DNA from: Botryllus schlosseri
Taxonomy: Eukaryota
Direction of reading: 5' to 3'
DNA: 64,000 nt
Assembly: GCA_051294905.1 (NCBI GenBank)
Contig: CM119372.1
Span: 30,320,001 to 30,384,000, forward strand
Shown here in pieces: positions 1 to 13,848 of this stretch (position 1 is its first letter; each line of letters starts with the position of its first letter). A program made the position numbers and the translations under genes. The notes under the pieces are model-generated. The model was not told the DNA's origin and did no database searches. It was given only the letters and a program-made list of their open reading frames with translations.

Positions 1-933
1 ATGAACTAACTGGAGGCCAAATACCCACGTTGAACAGTCCACGTCCATTGCCGGTGAACACCGGACTAGTCTATGTACTCATGTCGGCTTACTATGCGCA
101 CCGAATCGTGATTAGTCATGTTATGAATAGGCACAGCTATTCGTTCTGCGGTTCTGTAGTCGCCGCATATTGGCCAATGACCACCACTGGACGAAAGAAT
201 CAATATTGGGGTTAGCTAGACATGGTACTTGCTGAAAAATTATCTACTCGTAAAGCTTGGTGTTTAGGGGAGAACGAATCCGTTTTCTAAGCGTCACGGC
301 CTTGGCAGTGGTGCGCCATTGCTCGTCAAGGCAATATGGCTATTCATATCAGCAATGTATTTCTCCGTGGAATGATATTACCATCGCCGAAGCCGTGTCA
401 GCTAGTAGGGATTAGTGATATTGGGCACAGGACAGTAGCTTACTTGGAACAACAACAACAATATGTTTGAACTGAAATCAATTTCAGCATTTCAAAATGC
501 TTTACTAAGCGTTCTTCCGAAATTTCAAATCAGGTCTCTGGCCGCAAAATGTGACCTCGCGGACCGCGTGTTCGTGACCCCTGATATAGATAATATATTT
601 CAGGAATTTAGAAATACAATAATCACACATATTTTTGCGTAATCTGAAACGAGGTCACGGGCCGCAAAAAAACACCCAACGGGCTGCGTGTTGGTGAGCA
701 CTGGATTAGAGTTTGTATTGTGACAGCCAATTGTGGGATTTAGCTGGTTCATTCCGGTTCTATGGAACCGTTTACGAAGTTTTCTGAGATCTTCGGTTAG
801 CATTACAATGGATTTTTTTATCTTGCCTGATACACAAATTTTTGAGATCCATGCAATGCAAGTTCACACGCCACAGTCATGCATTCTGTTAATTGTTATG
901 ATTGTAGCCATTTCCTTATGTGATGTTCTATAA

Positions 934-1345
934 CAGTGGTTCCCAACGTGTGCGATATCGCCCCCCCAGTGGGCGATATTGAGGAACAAGGGGCCGAAAA
1001 TACCAGAGGGGACGACTGGGGGGCGATGAGAGGCGAAAATGCTAGAGCCTCCAGTGAGATAAGTTTAATTGACGCGGTGAAAGAAATGCACATGAAGACA
1101 GCTTATTCTGCATATGACGCGAAAAAAAGGTTAACTCAGCGGAGAGTAGACGCGGAAAACGGTTTTCTGAGAATTTACCACCTCGAAAAATGACCTTTAT
1201 TTTAGTAAATTCACCAGCGATCAGAGTTAGGTGAATAAATGTCCCGATTCTATGTCCTCTTTTCCGGATCCGTGAATATAGGGGGCGGCAATTTGAATCG
1301 AGATTGATAAGGGGGCGATGAGTTGATAAAGGTTGGGAACTACTG
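934..1345. mobile_element. hAT-type MITE
   Basis: Termini CAGTGGTTCCCAAC...GTTGGGAACTACTG; 8-bp TSD ttctataa/gtctataa (7/8). Confidence 0.8.
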
Positions 1346-1590
1346 GTCTATAATATGAACATGAACATTATAAGGAATAATGACGTTACATATTTTTGTA
1401 CTTAATTTTATTTTGCGGCATACACACCGAGTCATGAGTCATGATATACATTCACACAATCTGTACATATGCATACCATGAGTGCACGATGTGAATGCGC
1501 ATACGCTGCTGGACAAGAAAATCGCATAAACAGCCTCATAAGGCTTTCTAGGTCTTGCCACACCCCTTCTAGGCTACCCATACCCTACTA

Positions 1591-3267
1591 CAGGGGTGGG
1601 CAACATACGGCCCGCGGGCCGGATCCGGCCCGCGAAGGGATTTTGTCCGGCCCGCGGACAGTTTTCTGTCTTATATGATAATGTGGCCCGCGGCCCCAGT
1701 ATTCAGAGATTCCCTGCTACTTGCGTAAACGTCAAATTTTAGTGACTGTATGTTATTATACACACGTATGCGCACTGCGCAGTGAGCGAGGGTGGTGATT
1801 ACTCGTAAGTTAGTCGAAGCGAGAAGACTTGCATTATCGGCATTTACGATGTACTCGACCCTAATGTCATTTGTGGTAATGATGGTATTTGTCGACTACA
1901 ATGGTCATTTACACTAGGCCGATATTTCATATTTTTGATTCCGTAACCGTCGACTTGTAGCACGACACACTTCTAGGCTTTTGTATGACATCGCTTATGC
2001 CAGGGGTCGATAACTCGAAACGGTTCGCGGGCCACTTTCAAAATTTGTAGAGGCCGCGGGCAGCATGAATTCAATATCGAGATAAAATAGGCCACACAGT
2101 TGAACAACCACGCTATATCTCGTCACCTACTAAACCAGGGTGGCCAACCTGCGGCCGTAGAAGGGAAATTTGTGGACAAGTAATTCAATTAGTACCGTAT
2201 GTGCGGGCGGCCGTCGACATGCAATTTGAATTTACAAATTGAGTCTCGATTTTTTGAGAGATCCTAATCAATCTTGAAATTTTCTTCGCGCTGCGCGCGA
2301 TTTAATGTGACTTCGTTTATCGATTTTAATATAGTGGCGCCCTTTGCAATCATAGCCCCACAGTACAGACGCGAACAGCAGAGGAAAATGATGCGCCTCA
2401 TATAGAAATACCAACTCGGAGTCTTGTACTCCTCACTATACGGACAATCTTGATGGTAGGTCAAGAAATAATAGCATGCAACCAAGTGACTAATTATAAT
2501 TGGCCCACCCGAAGATGCATCATCATTGATATCTTGTCCTAAATTTTCGAAAAACACACCCTCCATCAAATCTACAGTTGAATCTGATGACATCGGATGA
2601 GAAATAATATGAAAAATACTATTATTTGTGACGAAAGTCATAGGTGAATCGGAAAATATTTTCGCGCTTCGCGCGATTATGTACGGCCCATAACATAACC
2701 ATGACCAGTCACCAGCAGTCACCACTCGCGAAGTCGGTGCGTATAGTAAGCCTGTGTGATTAAATGAATAAGTCCGGAGTTCACCGGAAAAGGAAATGGA
2801 CACTATAACATGTGTATTTGGCGTCCAGATAGTTCATTACGACTATGCCCTGGAATGCGGCCGTAGGCTACATGAGTAGTCGAAATGCGGCCGTGAATGG
2901 CAAAAAGGTTGGTCATACCTGTACTAAACCCTAATGAAGAGATATCTTGGTGAATTTGTAGTACCGGGCTTATCGAACGCCTTGAAATCTTAATTAGGGA
3001 TTGCACCGTGGTGATCGATCAGAGAGAAGCAAACATAGTCGTGCCTGTATGACAATGCTGTTCTCAAATCCACATTGTCTTCGTCATTATTGGCGAGAAA
3101 TGGCTTTGAAGTTACATTGCTGTCGTTAAAATACATTCATTAAATACTATTTATTCCTTGTATATGTGGATAATTGGGCGAATAATGTATCGATTCAGGA
3201 ATCCGGCCCGCCAAGTATTTAATTTTCCTATATCCGGCCCGCCGACTGGAGAAGTTGCCCGCCCCTG
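1591..3267. mobile_element. hAT (Buster/Charlie-like) non-autonomous element carrying nested inserts
   Basis: Termini CAGGGGTGGGCAAC...GTTGCCCGCCCCTG; perfect TSD ccctacta (1583-1590, 3268-3275); GGCCCGC subterminal repeats; shorter sister copy at ~38840-39396. Confidence 0.9.
2136..2921. mobile_element. hAT MITE nested in the 1591-3267 element
   Basis: Termini CAGGGTGGCCAACC...GGTTGGTCATACCTG; perfect TSD tactaaac (2128-2135, 2922-2929). Confidence 0.85.
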
Positions 3268-3320
3268 CCCTACTATAATGATATGAATTGTGTTTTCAAC
3301 AGAGACTCAAGTACGCAGTC

Positions 3321-6300
3321 ATGATAACTTACATTCCTACAGTTATTATAACCCTGCTGGTCATCACCCAGTCCAGAGCACTTGATCAAAGTAATTGTAT
3401 GAAATTGGAGAGTGTATATAATGCAATATGTCCGAATACGCCAAAACATGCGATCCACCAAGGGCCACCAGGCAAAACCGGTCCAATCGGACAAAAAGGT
3501 GATAAGGGTGACACTGGTAGCCCTGGGCCAACTGGGCCGTCAAAACAGCCAAATTACCAGCGAGTTGAAGAAGTGATCTCAAGCAGAGTTCAAGAAGGTC
3601 GGTAAACGGTTTATGTTTAGGGATGTTATAAGTTTTATGCATATATAGACCTACATACGGTCGTACCACCAGGGCGTCCCTGCCATACTCCATACCCAAA
3701 TTATAGTCGCCCAAGCTCGAAGTGCACTCAAAATTAATTCCAAATCAATTTGACATCAGGAATTTTTATTTGTTTTAATTAGTCGATTTGGAAATTTTCT
3801 TTAGTGCGCTTCGCGCAGTCGATTTACAGTTTAGAGTTAGATTCCCTGTTATGTGAACAAAATACTATAGGAGTCGGTGTGTTTAACGTTACAGGAATCC
3901 GAAGCATAGTCTGAGTTGGTCTGGAGTCGGTGTCGACGTTAACGTATAGCTGGTAAAGTGAACAGACTCACGAGCCTTGGTTAAAATTGCGTAAATTCAT
4001 AAGCGAAATCCCTCAAGGGATGATTAGTGAGTTTCATTCACTGCATATTTACTAATGCTTTGCCACCTGTAATTAATTAGCATGGAATTTTTAGCGGCAA
4101 CAAATTCAATAACTTTGATGCATGTCGGGACTATAGTGGCGTAAAAGTACATTCCACGTGCTACTTTCTGCAGTATCCGTAGAAGTCAACGGGATTCTAC
4201 CACAATTCAAAGTCAGAGAGTGACGGTGGGAACTGCGGAGTGAAACAACAATAAAATCGCATAAATGCCGCCCAACATAGCGTCACCGTTGTACCGTCAA
4301 TGGGTAGCGGGTGCAAGGTCGATTCATCTAGGCCAGGCCTGGGCAAAGTGCGGCCCGCAGGCCAATTGTGGCCGCAAAAGGTTGCTTGCAATTCAAAACA
4401 TAAAACCTTCTTCGTAATGATGCTGTGTGGACCAAAACCATATGATATATATAAACTGAACCAGAAATTCGTCTAATATCATGCCGCGATTATGCAGCCT
4501 ATTATGTACCTCACGCGTGATCCACATTCAAAATAAAGTCAATGTAGCAAATTAATGCCGTGACAATTGAAGTCACAAGAAGTCACCAAACCTTCTCTGT
4601 TTCCATTTGTCACATTGCTCAAGACACGATCTATGTTCCAAATTTTATGTGATACGTTTCCAAACCCATAATTCGTAAAACAAGTCAATCAGTTATCGTG
4701 ATTTCTATGAGTCATCGTCACCCATAAACGATGGACGGGCATGTCAAAAAAAGGAAGCCGAAAGTTGTGATTCAAAGAAGCTTCAGAGGACTAAATATTT
4801 GTTTACAGAAGTCTGGGGGCAGCCCGCCTCTTTAGTAGTTAGTGCCGAGCAGGTCGCCGTGTTTGCGGAGTATAAATTAAGTAGGTTCCATGACAAAAAC
4901 ACGAAGAATTTTTGAAGAACTGCTAGTTCAACAACAAGGCCATTTCGCCAAGCTGCCCACTGCACGGAAGCCAACGAAAAAGACAGCAAACTTCATAGTT
5001 TCCCAAATACGTTTTATTGTATTGATAGAAAAAGGCGGATAGGGGTTCAAGGATAATTCGAAATGTTGAACATTGTTTCCAAATATGACGGCAAATAAAT
5101 ATTATTTTCTGGTAATAAACCGTCACTTCCTTATTCCCTAGTATCAACACATCCAATGAGCACCATTTTGTGTAATTCACTGCTTTTAATTTTAGAAATA
5201 GAATTGATACGCTGTAGAATACAGCCGAAATTTCGGACTCGGCCCGCCAACAAATTTTCAGCTACTCATTTGGCCCACGGAGAAATATTTCCCCACCCCT
5301 GATCTAGGCCCTCCGTGGTCGTCCTATACGAATAAACGTTGTCCTACAACATAATAGAATGAAACTTACCTATGCTCACGAAGAATCGATAATTATATCA
5401 TCGTGGTGCAAAACGATCAATGATTTATGGTTGTTGATACCCCACGAATAGGAACATCCACAGCAACACTAGTCTAAGAGAGCGTGAAAAATACCTACTT
5501 TTATTTTCAAAGGTTTGCAAAGTATGATGAGGACGTTTGAATGTGAGTCCGACCGATTCTTACACTGTGTTTAACGACGAGGTGACTATACATTATTGCA
5601 GTTTGCTATATGGGAATGAAGTCCGGATTACTTCCTGACTCTGCGATAATTTCATCGACATATTGGGGTGCTAGACACGAGCAGTACCGAGCACGTCTGG
5701 ATAATAGGGTGTCCGAAGGAAGCACGGGATCGTGGTCATCGAAGACGAGTGAGTAATGAATATATTCCGATGATAGTTTTATCAGTGTTGGAATGACTCG
5801 AGTCAGTCTCGAGTCACCTTTTTCGTAAGACTTGACTTGATTCGAGTCACTTTGCAAAAATGACTTGACTTGACTCGGCGCTTCAGAAATGTGGATTGAC
5901 TTGTGACTCGGAGCAAAATTGACGAGTCAATGTCGAGTCATTATAAGTAAGCGGTGTCGATTACATCATCCTATCTTATGTACGTTCGGGTTATTCTCGA
6001 TACGCCGGTGTCACTTGTGAGACCAATCAGTGATTCACTGATTACACGTTTCACTGATCCCCTTTGTCACATCGCAAATAAATTGACCGCCAAGGAAACG
6101 ATCACAGCTTACGTTGTCGTAGTCGTAGTAGCAGTTGATTAATCTAATAGCAACGTATCTTTGTTTCTTAGACGGACCAGTGCTTATTGCGCAGTGCTCA
6201 CCTTTACCAACATTCTTGTATGATTTAAATCGAACGAATATAGTTTATGCCTTTATATTCTCCCGGATGTGTATATCGGTAGTGTCTATTGTACCACATC

Positions 6301-9300
6301 AATTTGTTCAACGTCTCGAGGCTTCGTATTCGATCCTCTGCATTGGCTGATAAAATCAGACTAGCATAATAGCTATAGCTACTTATGTATTTTTTAGCAG
6401 TTCTACGTGTGCGCGAGCGATACAACACCTTTTTGCATGTATATTTAACTTTATATTCGTTATTTGATTCAAGATAAATGTCCAATTAATCCGCCCTTCA
6501 CCCAGTTAGCAAATTGTAATGACTTTGCATCATCACTCATACTTTGAAAATTAAATTTGACTTGAATCGTGACTTGACTCGTGACTTGACTCGACTTGAC
6601 TCGACTTGACTCGAGTCACCTCCAAAAAACGAGTGACTTGACTTGACTCGATTCACCTGTGAAAATCGATTGACTTGACTTGACTCGAGTCAAAATGTGC
6701 AATGACTCGAGATGACTCGTGACTCTAAGGTAGTGACTTGATCCCAACACTGACTTTTATGCGCATAGCCCATACTTGCGTTCGCGTCCATAGGCTTGAA
6801 ACTGCCGAATGTGCGATACCGAATGAAGAAGTAGTGTGAGACCCGACAAAGGTTCTATCAACACGGCCTGAAATCCGAGGCCGTATATATTGGTAAAATC
6901 ATAGCAAGCCACAGTTTTTTGTAATACCCCACCGATTTTGATTCCATGGTAACAATCTATTATATTTATATGATTGAATAAAATCGTCCGTGCGGTAACC
7001 AAAGCTCATATCGCACAGCAGTTTAGTAGGCCTATATGCTATGCAACAGAATCAGCTATAAGTATATGATTCTCAGCCAATTATGTAGTTCTCATCATTC
7101 AAATATCTATTTTTGTTTTGTAATCGACTTATCGGGCCATTTTCACAATGCATAATCGTAATGTAAATTGATCTTACAGTACAATGTAATCTTTTCGGTC
7201 GGCACTCATTCACACGCACCTGTCTGTCTTTCTCGCATCCTCGTCTGTGTTTGTCCTATTGACTCGAACTGCAGACAGTCCATATTAATATAATATATCT
7301 TGACGAACAGATACAATTGGCGAGTGGATAGGGGTAGACTTCGGAACGGTGAAAAATGTGGCTAGATTGATCACGCAAGGGCGACCGCAGGTTCTCAATC
7401 AGTGGGTCAGCAAATTCAAAGTAGCATGCGGAATTGATCGGAATGACTTTCAGTTTGTGATGAAAGGCGATTCTGAAATGGTAAGTGTCACGAAGTGCAA
7501 TGACACTATGCCAGTGGTTCTCAACCATTTTGGCTTCGCGGACCCCTATGGACCGTCACGGACCCTCGCGGACCCCCTCCAGGTTTAGTTCAAATTCAGC
7601 TCAAATATGGTGCAACCTTCATCTGTCTTGTGCAAATATGAACTGTCGGCATGTGAAAAACAGCAGCAAAATGACTTATCTTGAAACTAACACCATACTC
7701 TTACGCGTGTGTTCTAGCTGTTCGGCAACTAAGTGTTTTTAATGTGCAACTACGAACTAGAACAACTCACTACCAATCTGTTGGTCTAGTCTGCCCCCAA
7801 CTATTTTCATTCTAGCTACAACGCACGATGTCACGGTCTATAAGCGGATGGCTATATCGGCAGATTCAAATGTTGGGTAAAGAATTGCGAAATAACGATT
7901 GGTGCTCTTTTCAAGTAGCGACAAATGAAAATAACACACATCGACATAAAATTTGCCATGAGGATTAATGCTTCACGTAGGTCAACGTATGATTATTGCC
8001 TACAATTCATATATTGCGAACTTCCCGATCGTACAACGGCAAGATCAGCTTGAAAATGATTTATGTCAGCAGCCGTTGTTTCAATGCTCATGTTTTATTT
8101 GAAGAGTAGAAAATTTCAAATCTTTGTCCGGTGTAGGCTTCAATCTCCCCGTATAGCAACAACTGCGTAAACATAACGAAACATCAATATTTACATTACT
8201 ATTTGAATCTAGGCAGAGTATAGTGATTACAATCGTCCTCCTGCAATGTACTGCTGCCTGTGTGTATCGAAAGCCTGACATACGGCATCAAAGCGTTTTT
8301 TTCAATCGTACTACTACATCGAATAGATATTTATTACGTGTGGATAATTCGCTACGAAATGATGAGAAAATCTAATACTTATGAAGTAATAATTATCATT
8401 GAGCAGTGGAGTTGGGAAATCCAACATTTCTGCTATCAATAACCGGATAAAATATCTCACCATATTCCTTGTTCACGAATCTTCAGCTTATATCATAGTC
8501 TTTGTAAAATGTACGAGTAAAAATTAACCGTCTTTTACAAAAAGTCGATTCGATATGCGAAATAATTGATTACGAATATTTCAATTTTTTTCGAATGTAA
8601 TTGCGATTACGATTACTCCAGAATCCTGCAATCGTTGCAATCGATTACGATTACAAGTCACTATTACCTAGTGTTACCATATTTGGAGATCCGAAAAAGG
8701 GGTCACTTTTCAAAAATTCTGAAATATCTAGTATCGGAAAAGAAAACTGGTGATTTTGCAATATTTTCGACCGATAGTACTGTGTTGACTAAAAAAAGGT
8801 CATCACTCTGACTCACCTCCTGGATTACCCGCTTTTTTACAATACCGAGTTGTACGGTTGACTATGAAAAAAAGTTCATCACTCTGACACGACTCCCGAA
8901 TTACCCGTCGCGCCGTATTTTTCGTTGTCTGTCTTGGCAACTCTGACGTTCGCTGCGTCGGCGTCGAGATTTTGATCGTATTTCAATACTTCCTCTAGAA
9001 ACGAAGACAAATTCGCAAAAAAAAAGACATTTAGGCGTCCTCCTAGGACACTTTCAATGTATTCGAAAGACGACAAATGTGGTAACGTCCCCTCTTATTT
9101 TTGACGAGTCTGCGCACACTCACCAAGTTACTGCGCACACCCTTGGACAACAGTGCGTAACAATTAAAAAAAGGTCATCACTTCGGATTTTTTGTGCGCA
9201 ACTTCGATTTTCTGTGCGCAGAGACCGTGTCAGCACTGCGCATTTTCGCACGTGCCCAGCATGGAGGGAACATTGAGGGTAACCCTACTATTACTCCATG

Positions 9301-10588
9301 TCTGGTACCTTACTCCTAGGGATGGTGTGAACCCCTGAAAGGTTCAGGTTCATGTGAACGCGAACCTTTTTAAAAGGTTCTGTGTGAACGCGAACGGGAA
9401 CCGTGACGTGACATGACATCATATTGCTCATTTCAACCCTACATTTCAGTGAACTGATATATTATTGTGCACGATACCTAGCGACGACTCAGGTCACATT
9501 ATGCCGCAATGCTGAAGTAGCCTACATGCTGACTTCGCCAAATGTATCAACTGGAGCAATCAAATGCTATATTAATTACATAAAATCAATGTCTTCCGTC
9601 CCTTTGTCAACAATTACGACGAGGACTTGCAAGGGAATAAAATCTTACGCCGTAACGGTATAGAGCCAGACCTGACAATGTATTGGCCGTCTGACTATAC
9701 CTACATATATATTGAGCAGAGTGTAAAAATGGTTTCTATACTAGCTACCGATATTACCCCACAGACAGGTTATACAGTAGCTAACACCCCAATCACATGG
9801 ATTTGATGCAATCGGCATATTAAATCAAGACGGATCCCCTATGCCTTCTAAATTTTTTACATAGACGACGATGTGTTATTTATATCAATTTCATTGATTG
9901 GTTGAAGAAGCATATCATTCGTTGACTAGTTATACATGTAGTGTGTTTCGTTCTTTATGTTGTATGATTGTGGGTCAAGCTCACAGCAGAGAGTCACTAA
10001 ATATTCACAAAAGGAAAGCTGAATATTTCGAGTAAACTTTTGTAACAACGCATGTAAAAACTTTAGTGTTGATTTTTTAAATGCTGCCAGTGCCATGCAT
10101 AGTGTGGTCTGAAGTTGAAATGCAAAGAATTTCAGCCAAATATGATATAATGACGTGAAAATTGTAATACATGAAAAGGTTCACAGTGCATAACCTACCA
10201 AGGTTCGTTTGTGAACGTGAACCTCTAAATTTCAGAGGTTCACATATTGAACGCGAACGTTACCTCACGTTCACACCATCCTCACTTACTACCTTGCCGA
10301 TTTAGCACTTCGCCTTTGGCAGTATATATTTGGACCATTTCACTTCTACGTATAGCTGTAGCATGACGATAATATGGTGCTGCGACCTGAGCTACGCCTA
10401 CTACAGTGATGTCTTATTATTCGCAGATTTTCACTGGGAACTCGGACTTTGAAACCAAAGTCTACAATCGCTTCCCGGCTGTAGTTTCCTGTCGATACAT
10501 TCGGCTCTATCCGCAAGAATGGAACAATCATATCTCTATGAGATTTGAATTGGTGCACGGCCACTGCTTCGACATTAAGCCGCTTTAA
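3321..10588 (+). CDS. Secreted collagen-like + discoidin (F5/8 type C) domain protein, 261 aa; join(3321..3597,5513..5542,5602..5748,7311..7480,10427..10588)
   Basis: All four introns are GT..AG with compatible phases (1,1,1,0); 786 nt in frame to TAA. Hydrophobic leader MITYIPTVIITLLVITQSRA, two Cys, 9 Gly-X-Y triplets, neck, then F5/8C motifs CYMGMKSGLLPDSAI, ARL, SWSS, EWIGVDFG, ITQGR, QWVSKF, FTGNSD, RYIRLYP, SMRFEL..C. Confidence 0.9.
4334..5301. mobile_element. hAT MITE in intron 1
   Basis: Termini CAGGCCTGGGCAAA...TTTCCCCACCCCTG; perfect TSD atctaggc (4326-4333, 5302-5309). Confidence 0.85.
5783..6752. mobile_element. hAT MITE with GACTT/GACTCG subterminal arrays (intron 3)
   Basis: Termini CAGTGTTGG...CCAACACTG; TSD agttttat/acttttat. 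Confidence 0.85.
8669..9287. mobile_element. hAT MITE inserted into the end of an older GATTAC-repeat element (intron 4)
   Basis: Termini TAGTGTTACC...GGTAACCCTA; TSD ctattacc/ctattact; left end resembles the 42538 and 45884 family. Confidence 0.75.
9317..10284. mobile_element. hAT MITE with GTGAAC subterminal repeats (intron 4)
   Basis: Termini TAGGGATGGTGTGAAC...GTTCACACCATCCTCA; TSD cttactcc/cttactac. Confidence 0.85.
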
Positions 10589-11200
10589 ATATTCGTATCC
10601 AATATTTCATTCGTAGTAATCGTAAAATACTCGATTGTGAGGAAACTGGCTACGCTCCGTACCTTACTTGACCCTGGATGAGTTTGTCCGTAGCGAAGGG
10701 ATTGCATTTCTATCCAAGCTGTCGAATAGGATTTCTGACTCGAATGTTTGATACTTTCGTAGCAGCCGTGCTGATTATCAACTATATATATATATAGAGA
10801 GAGAGAGAGGTTTCATACACTTTCACGTCTACTTCTGCAGTTTTGTAGCCAAGCGTCGTCTAAAAAGAGAAGTTTACATAATTTCACCAGTATATTCGAC
10901 AAAGTACGAGACTACTAGCCTACCGTATATTGCGCATATGGCGATAACGCAATGTAAATTGGAAATAATACATTGTATTAAACCTGACAGGATGGTGATT
11001 TCTGTTTGCTTGTATCGGTAGTTAGGGAATCATTTTTTGGATATGGATCATGAATAAAGACCAGGGGCGGGCAAACTACGGCATGCACCGTCTTGTGCGG
11101 CCCTCGAAAGCCACAAGAAACTTTGTAAAAATATTGATACTTGAGTACTTGATCAAACTTTTTCTCGATATCTTTCAACATGATAATGATAAGTCGTATT

Positions 11201-13217
11201 TAGGGCAAGTCTTTGCAACTTTTGCAACTTTTTTTACAGCTTCCGACAGCTTCGTAGATACTCATAATCTATGTACTTACTATGATGTTTTAAGCTGTGG
11301 AGAAATTTTATAGTGCAACTTTCTGCAACTTTCCTCTATTTTTCATAGTCACCTTTTACTGCAACGTTTATCAAATATTGTGTAAAAATGTAAAGGAGTG
11401 ATTTAAAAACATGCTATAAACTATTTCTAGTATGGTTCTACTCTCTTCGATTTGAAGAGACTCTTTGGGGTACAGAACTTTAATATACATTTTAATAATA
11501 TATTCATAGTAAAATATATTAAAACCCGAAGCTTTTCGAGCTGACACTTTTCTAGGGCAATCGTCAGCAAATGGAGAATTTCAAAAACATGCATCTAGCT
11601 ACATTGCATACAACCAATTATGGCGTCATAGAAACAAACAACATGAAATACAGGCAAACCGCGAGCGCAGCTAGTGGCCAATTTTTAGATTCACTAAAAA
11701 TTCCTTCTGCTGACACAAGCGCGGTCGGTGGATTTTAATATAAGTCGATTACAGGGCAGACAGGTGGAAATGAGTGCGGCCTCTACCTAATATAGAAAAT
11801 CTTTCATCGCGATAGTTTTTAGCGCAAGTTGCATTCTCAGCCAAATGCTTGCCGATGGCAGAGTTCATAGCCATGGCCTGATTACGTTCTAGTAATCGCA
11901 GATCAGTTACGGCTGGGTCTTCGCGAGAGTCCAATGTGCGTGATCTAATAACGCTCGGAACATGTTGTTTGATGCTTTCCTGCAAGCGCTGAGTTGTTCT
12001 TCCCACGTACCGACAATCACAGTGGCACTTGAAATCATAGACTATATTGCTTTGTTGAGAAGCAGGAAGAACATCTTTGCGCGTTGCAGGAAGCAATTGC
12101 TTGGTGTTAACACAACAATAGTTTTTACGTTATCGTAACAGCGATTTACAGCAGAAATCAATTGCTTTTCAAACCGGGAAGAGATGGGGCCCAGCCACGG
12201 TAAATGTATGTATACATTTTCCTCAGACCGTGTGTTCGTTTTTTGTGATTTGTTGGGATTGAAATTACTGAGTTTTCTGTCCACAGAACTCTTGATGATG
12301 TGTTCGGGGTACCCGTTATCGATTAGAATTTTGCGGATATATTCTAGCTCCGCGTTTAATTTTACATCCGAACAAATCATCAAGGCCCTGTGCACCAACG
12401 TGGCAATCAAATTTAGTTTACGGCGATTCGGGCTAAAAGAATTCCAGCGTATATAATGCCCTGTAAACGTTGGCTTCCGGTAAACCGAAGTGACAAAGCT
12501 AATACCCCGTTTTTTCACTAGAACGTCTAAGAATGGTAACGAGTTAGCACGCTCTTTTTCAAATGTGAATTCGAATGTGATTTCGAATGTGAATTCGATT
12601 TGCATAACAAATAGCTATATGATGGGTTAGCTGCATCTCACTTTTAAATATGACACAATGGAGAGAAGTCCAACTCCCTCTACCAAGCACGATGGTACCC
12701 GAGTAATATTTATTGTAAATATGCCGCTTCATTAATTCTGTCGTTTAAATTTGAAAAGTTCCCCATTTCACCAACGCGCAGAAAATGACTATTTCACTGA
12801 GTCCTCTTTTTCAGGCTATTGATTTTGTTGAAAGTTGCCAAGAGTGAGTTTTCCTGTAATGCCTTGGGTCAAGTTTGCAGATCTAGGGGGTTTAGAGTGT
12901 GTTATTCTACTTGTTTATGGGGAGGTGGTTATCGCCATGCTGTTTGGCTTTTTTTGGGGGGGGGGATTATTCCTGCATTGCGTAATTTTCTTGCTGTGTG
13001 CCGGAAAAGATGTAACTTTTGTCGATTTCGTCAGACCCATGAATGGCGAAGTAACAAATTTGACATCTCTGCAGGAACTAGGTTATACAACGGAACCTTT
13101 CGAGGATCTCATACCCTAATAATTCAACAAAAATTACAAATGCAACTTTTTACTGAAACTTTTGTTAAAATGAAATGCAACTTTCTCACGATTTTACTGC
13201 AACAAAAACTTGTCCTA
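11201..13217. mobile_element. Nested hAT MITE with GCAACTTT subterminal repeats
   Basis: Termini TAGGGCAAGT...ACTTGTCCTA; TSD gtcgtatt/gtcatatt. Confidence 0.75.
11500..12605 (-). pseudogene. 5'-truncated Penelope-like retroelement (RT thumb + GIY-YIG endonuclease + pseudo-LTR)
   Basis: FTFEKE..SLPFLDVLV, VYRKPT.TG.Y..WNSFSP and GIY-YIG NIVYDFKC.C...YVGRT.QRL..IKQH; frameshift near 12090 and a stop at 11749-11751; ORF end ..PRLCQQKEFLVNLK. Confidence 0.9.
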
Positions 13218-13441
13218 GTCATATTCTTACCATAGAAACTTTTTATTTCATTGAAGGCGCGTTAGTCCGACCTCGAGGTCCATGCATTTTGAAAGATTTC
13301 AAATGTTAAACATCACAGAAAGTGAATCGTAAATGATTTTTCGATCGGCAGCACGAACAAATTTATCACTTTTAGTGCTGTGCTTGGAAAAACGGATTCG
13401 CGAGTGCGTTGGATAGATTTGTTCTTTGTATGTGTCGAAGT

Positions 13442-13848
13442 TATTATTATTATTATTATTATGGAAACAAGTGGCGCTTTCAACCGATGATTGTTATTTG
13501 CGCCACGCTCAGTATACGTTCAATGAGGCATTCGGAGAAAAGCAAAGAGATCAGAGAATTAATTCGCAGGAGAGAATAAATTCTATAACTGGTATAGTTA
13601 GGCAATGGAGGGTCAATATATTTTGTACAGAGAAAGCAACGTTTTCATTGGCACAATGAGCAATCAAAAAGCGGCGATGAAATTCAAATTTACGACATTC
13701 CATTAGCAAATGTGAAACAGTGTCCGGGACGCAGCATAAGGAACACAAGGGGGTGTCGGCACACCCAATCTTGAATAAATGGGAATTAAGACGGCAATGA
13801 CCTGACCGTAGACGAAATAATATTCGATCATAATGACGATTATTCGTG
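13442..13848 (-). mobile_element. 5'-truncated non-LTR retrotransposon (LINE) 3' end
   Basis: C-terminal CCHC knuckle CSLCCVPDTVSHLLMEC; (TAA)n tail at ~13441-13460; 12-bp TSD atgtgtcgaagt (13430-13441, 13849-13860). Confidence 0.85.

Noticed and set aside
2264..2803. 179-aa ORF
   Set aside because: Lies inside a nested MITE, non-ATG start, no recognisable motifs
5783..6752. CRISPR-like short repeat arrays (also 57830-59040 and 58245-58310)
   Set aside because: Eukaryotic context, no regular repeat-spacer period, no cas genes; these are MITE subterminal or simple tandem repeats
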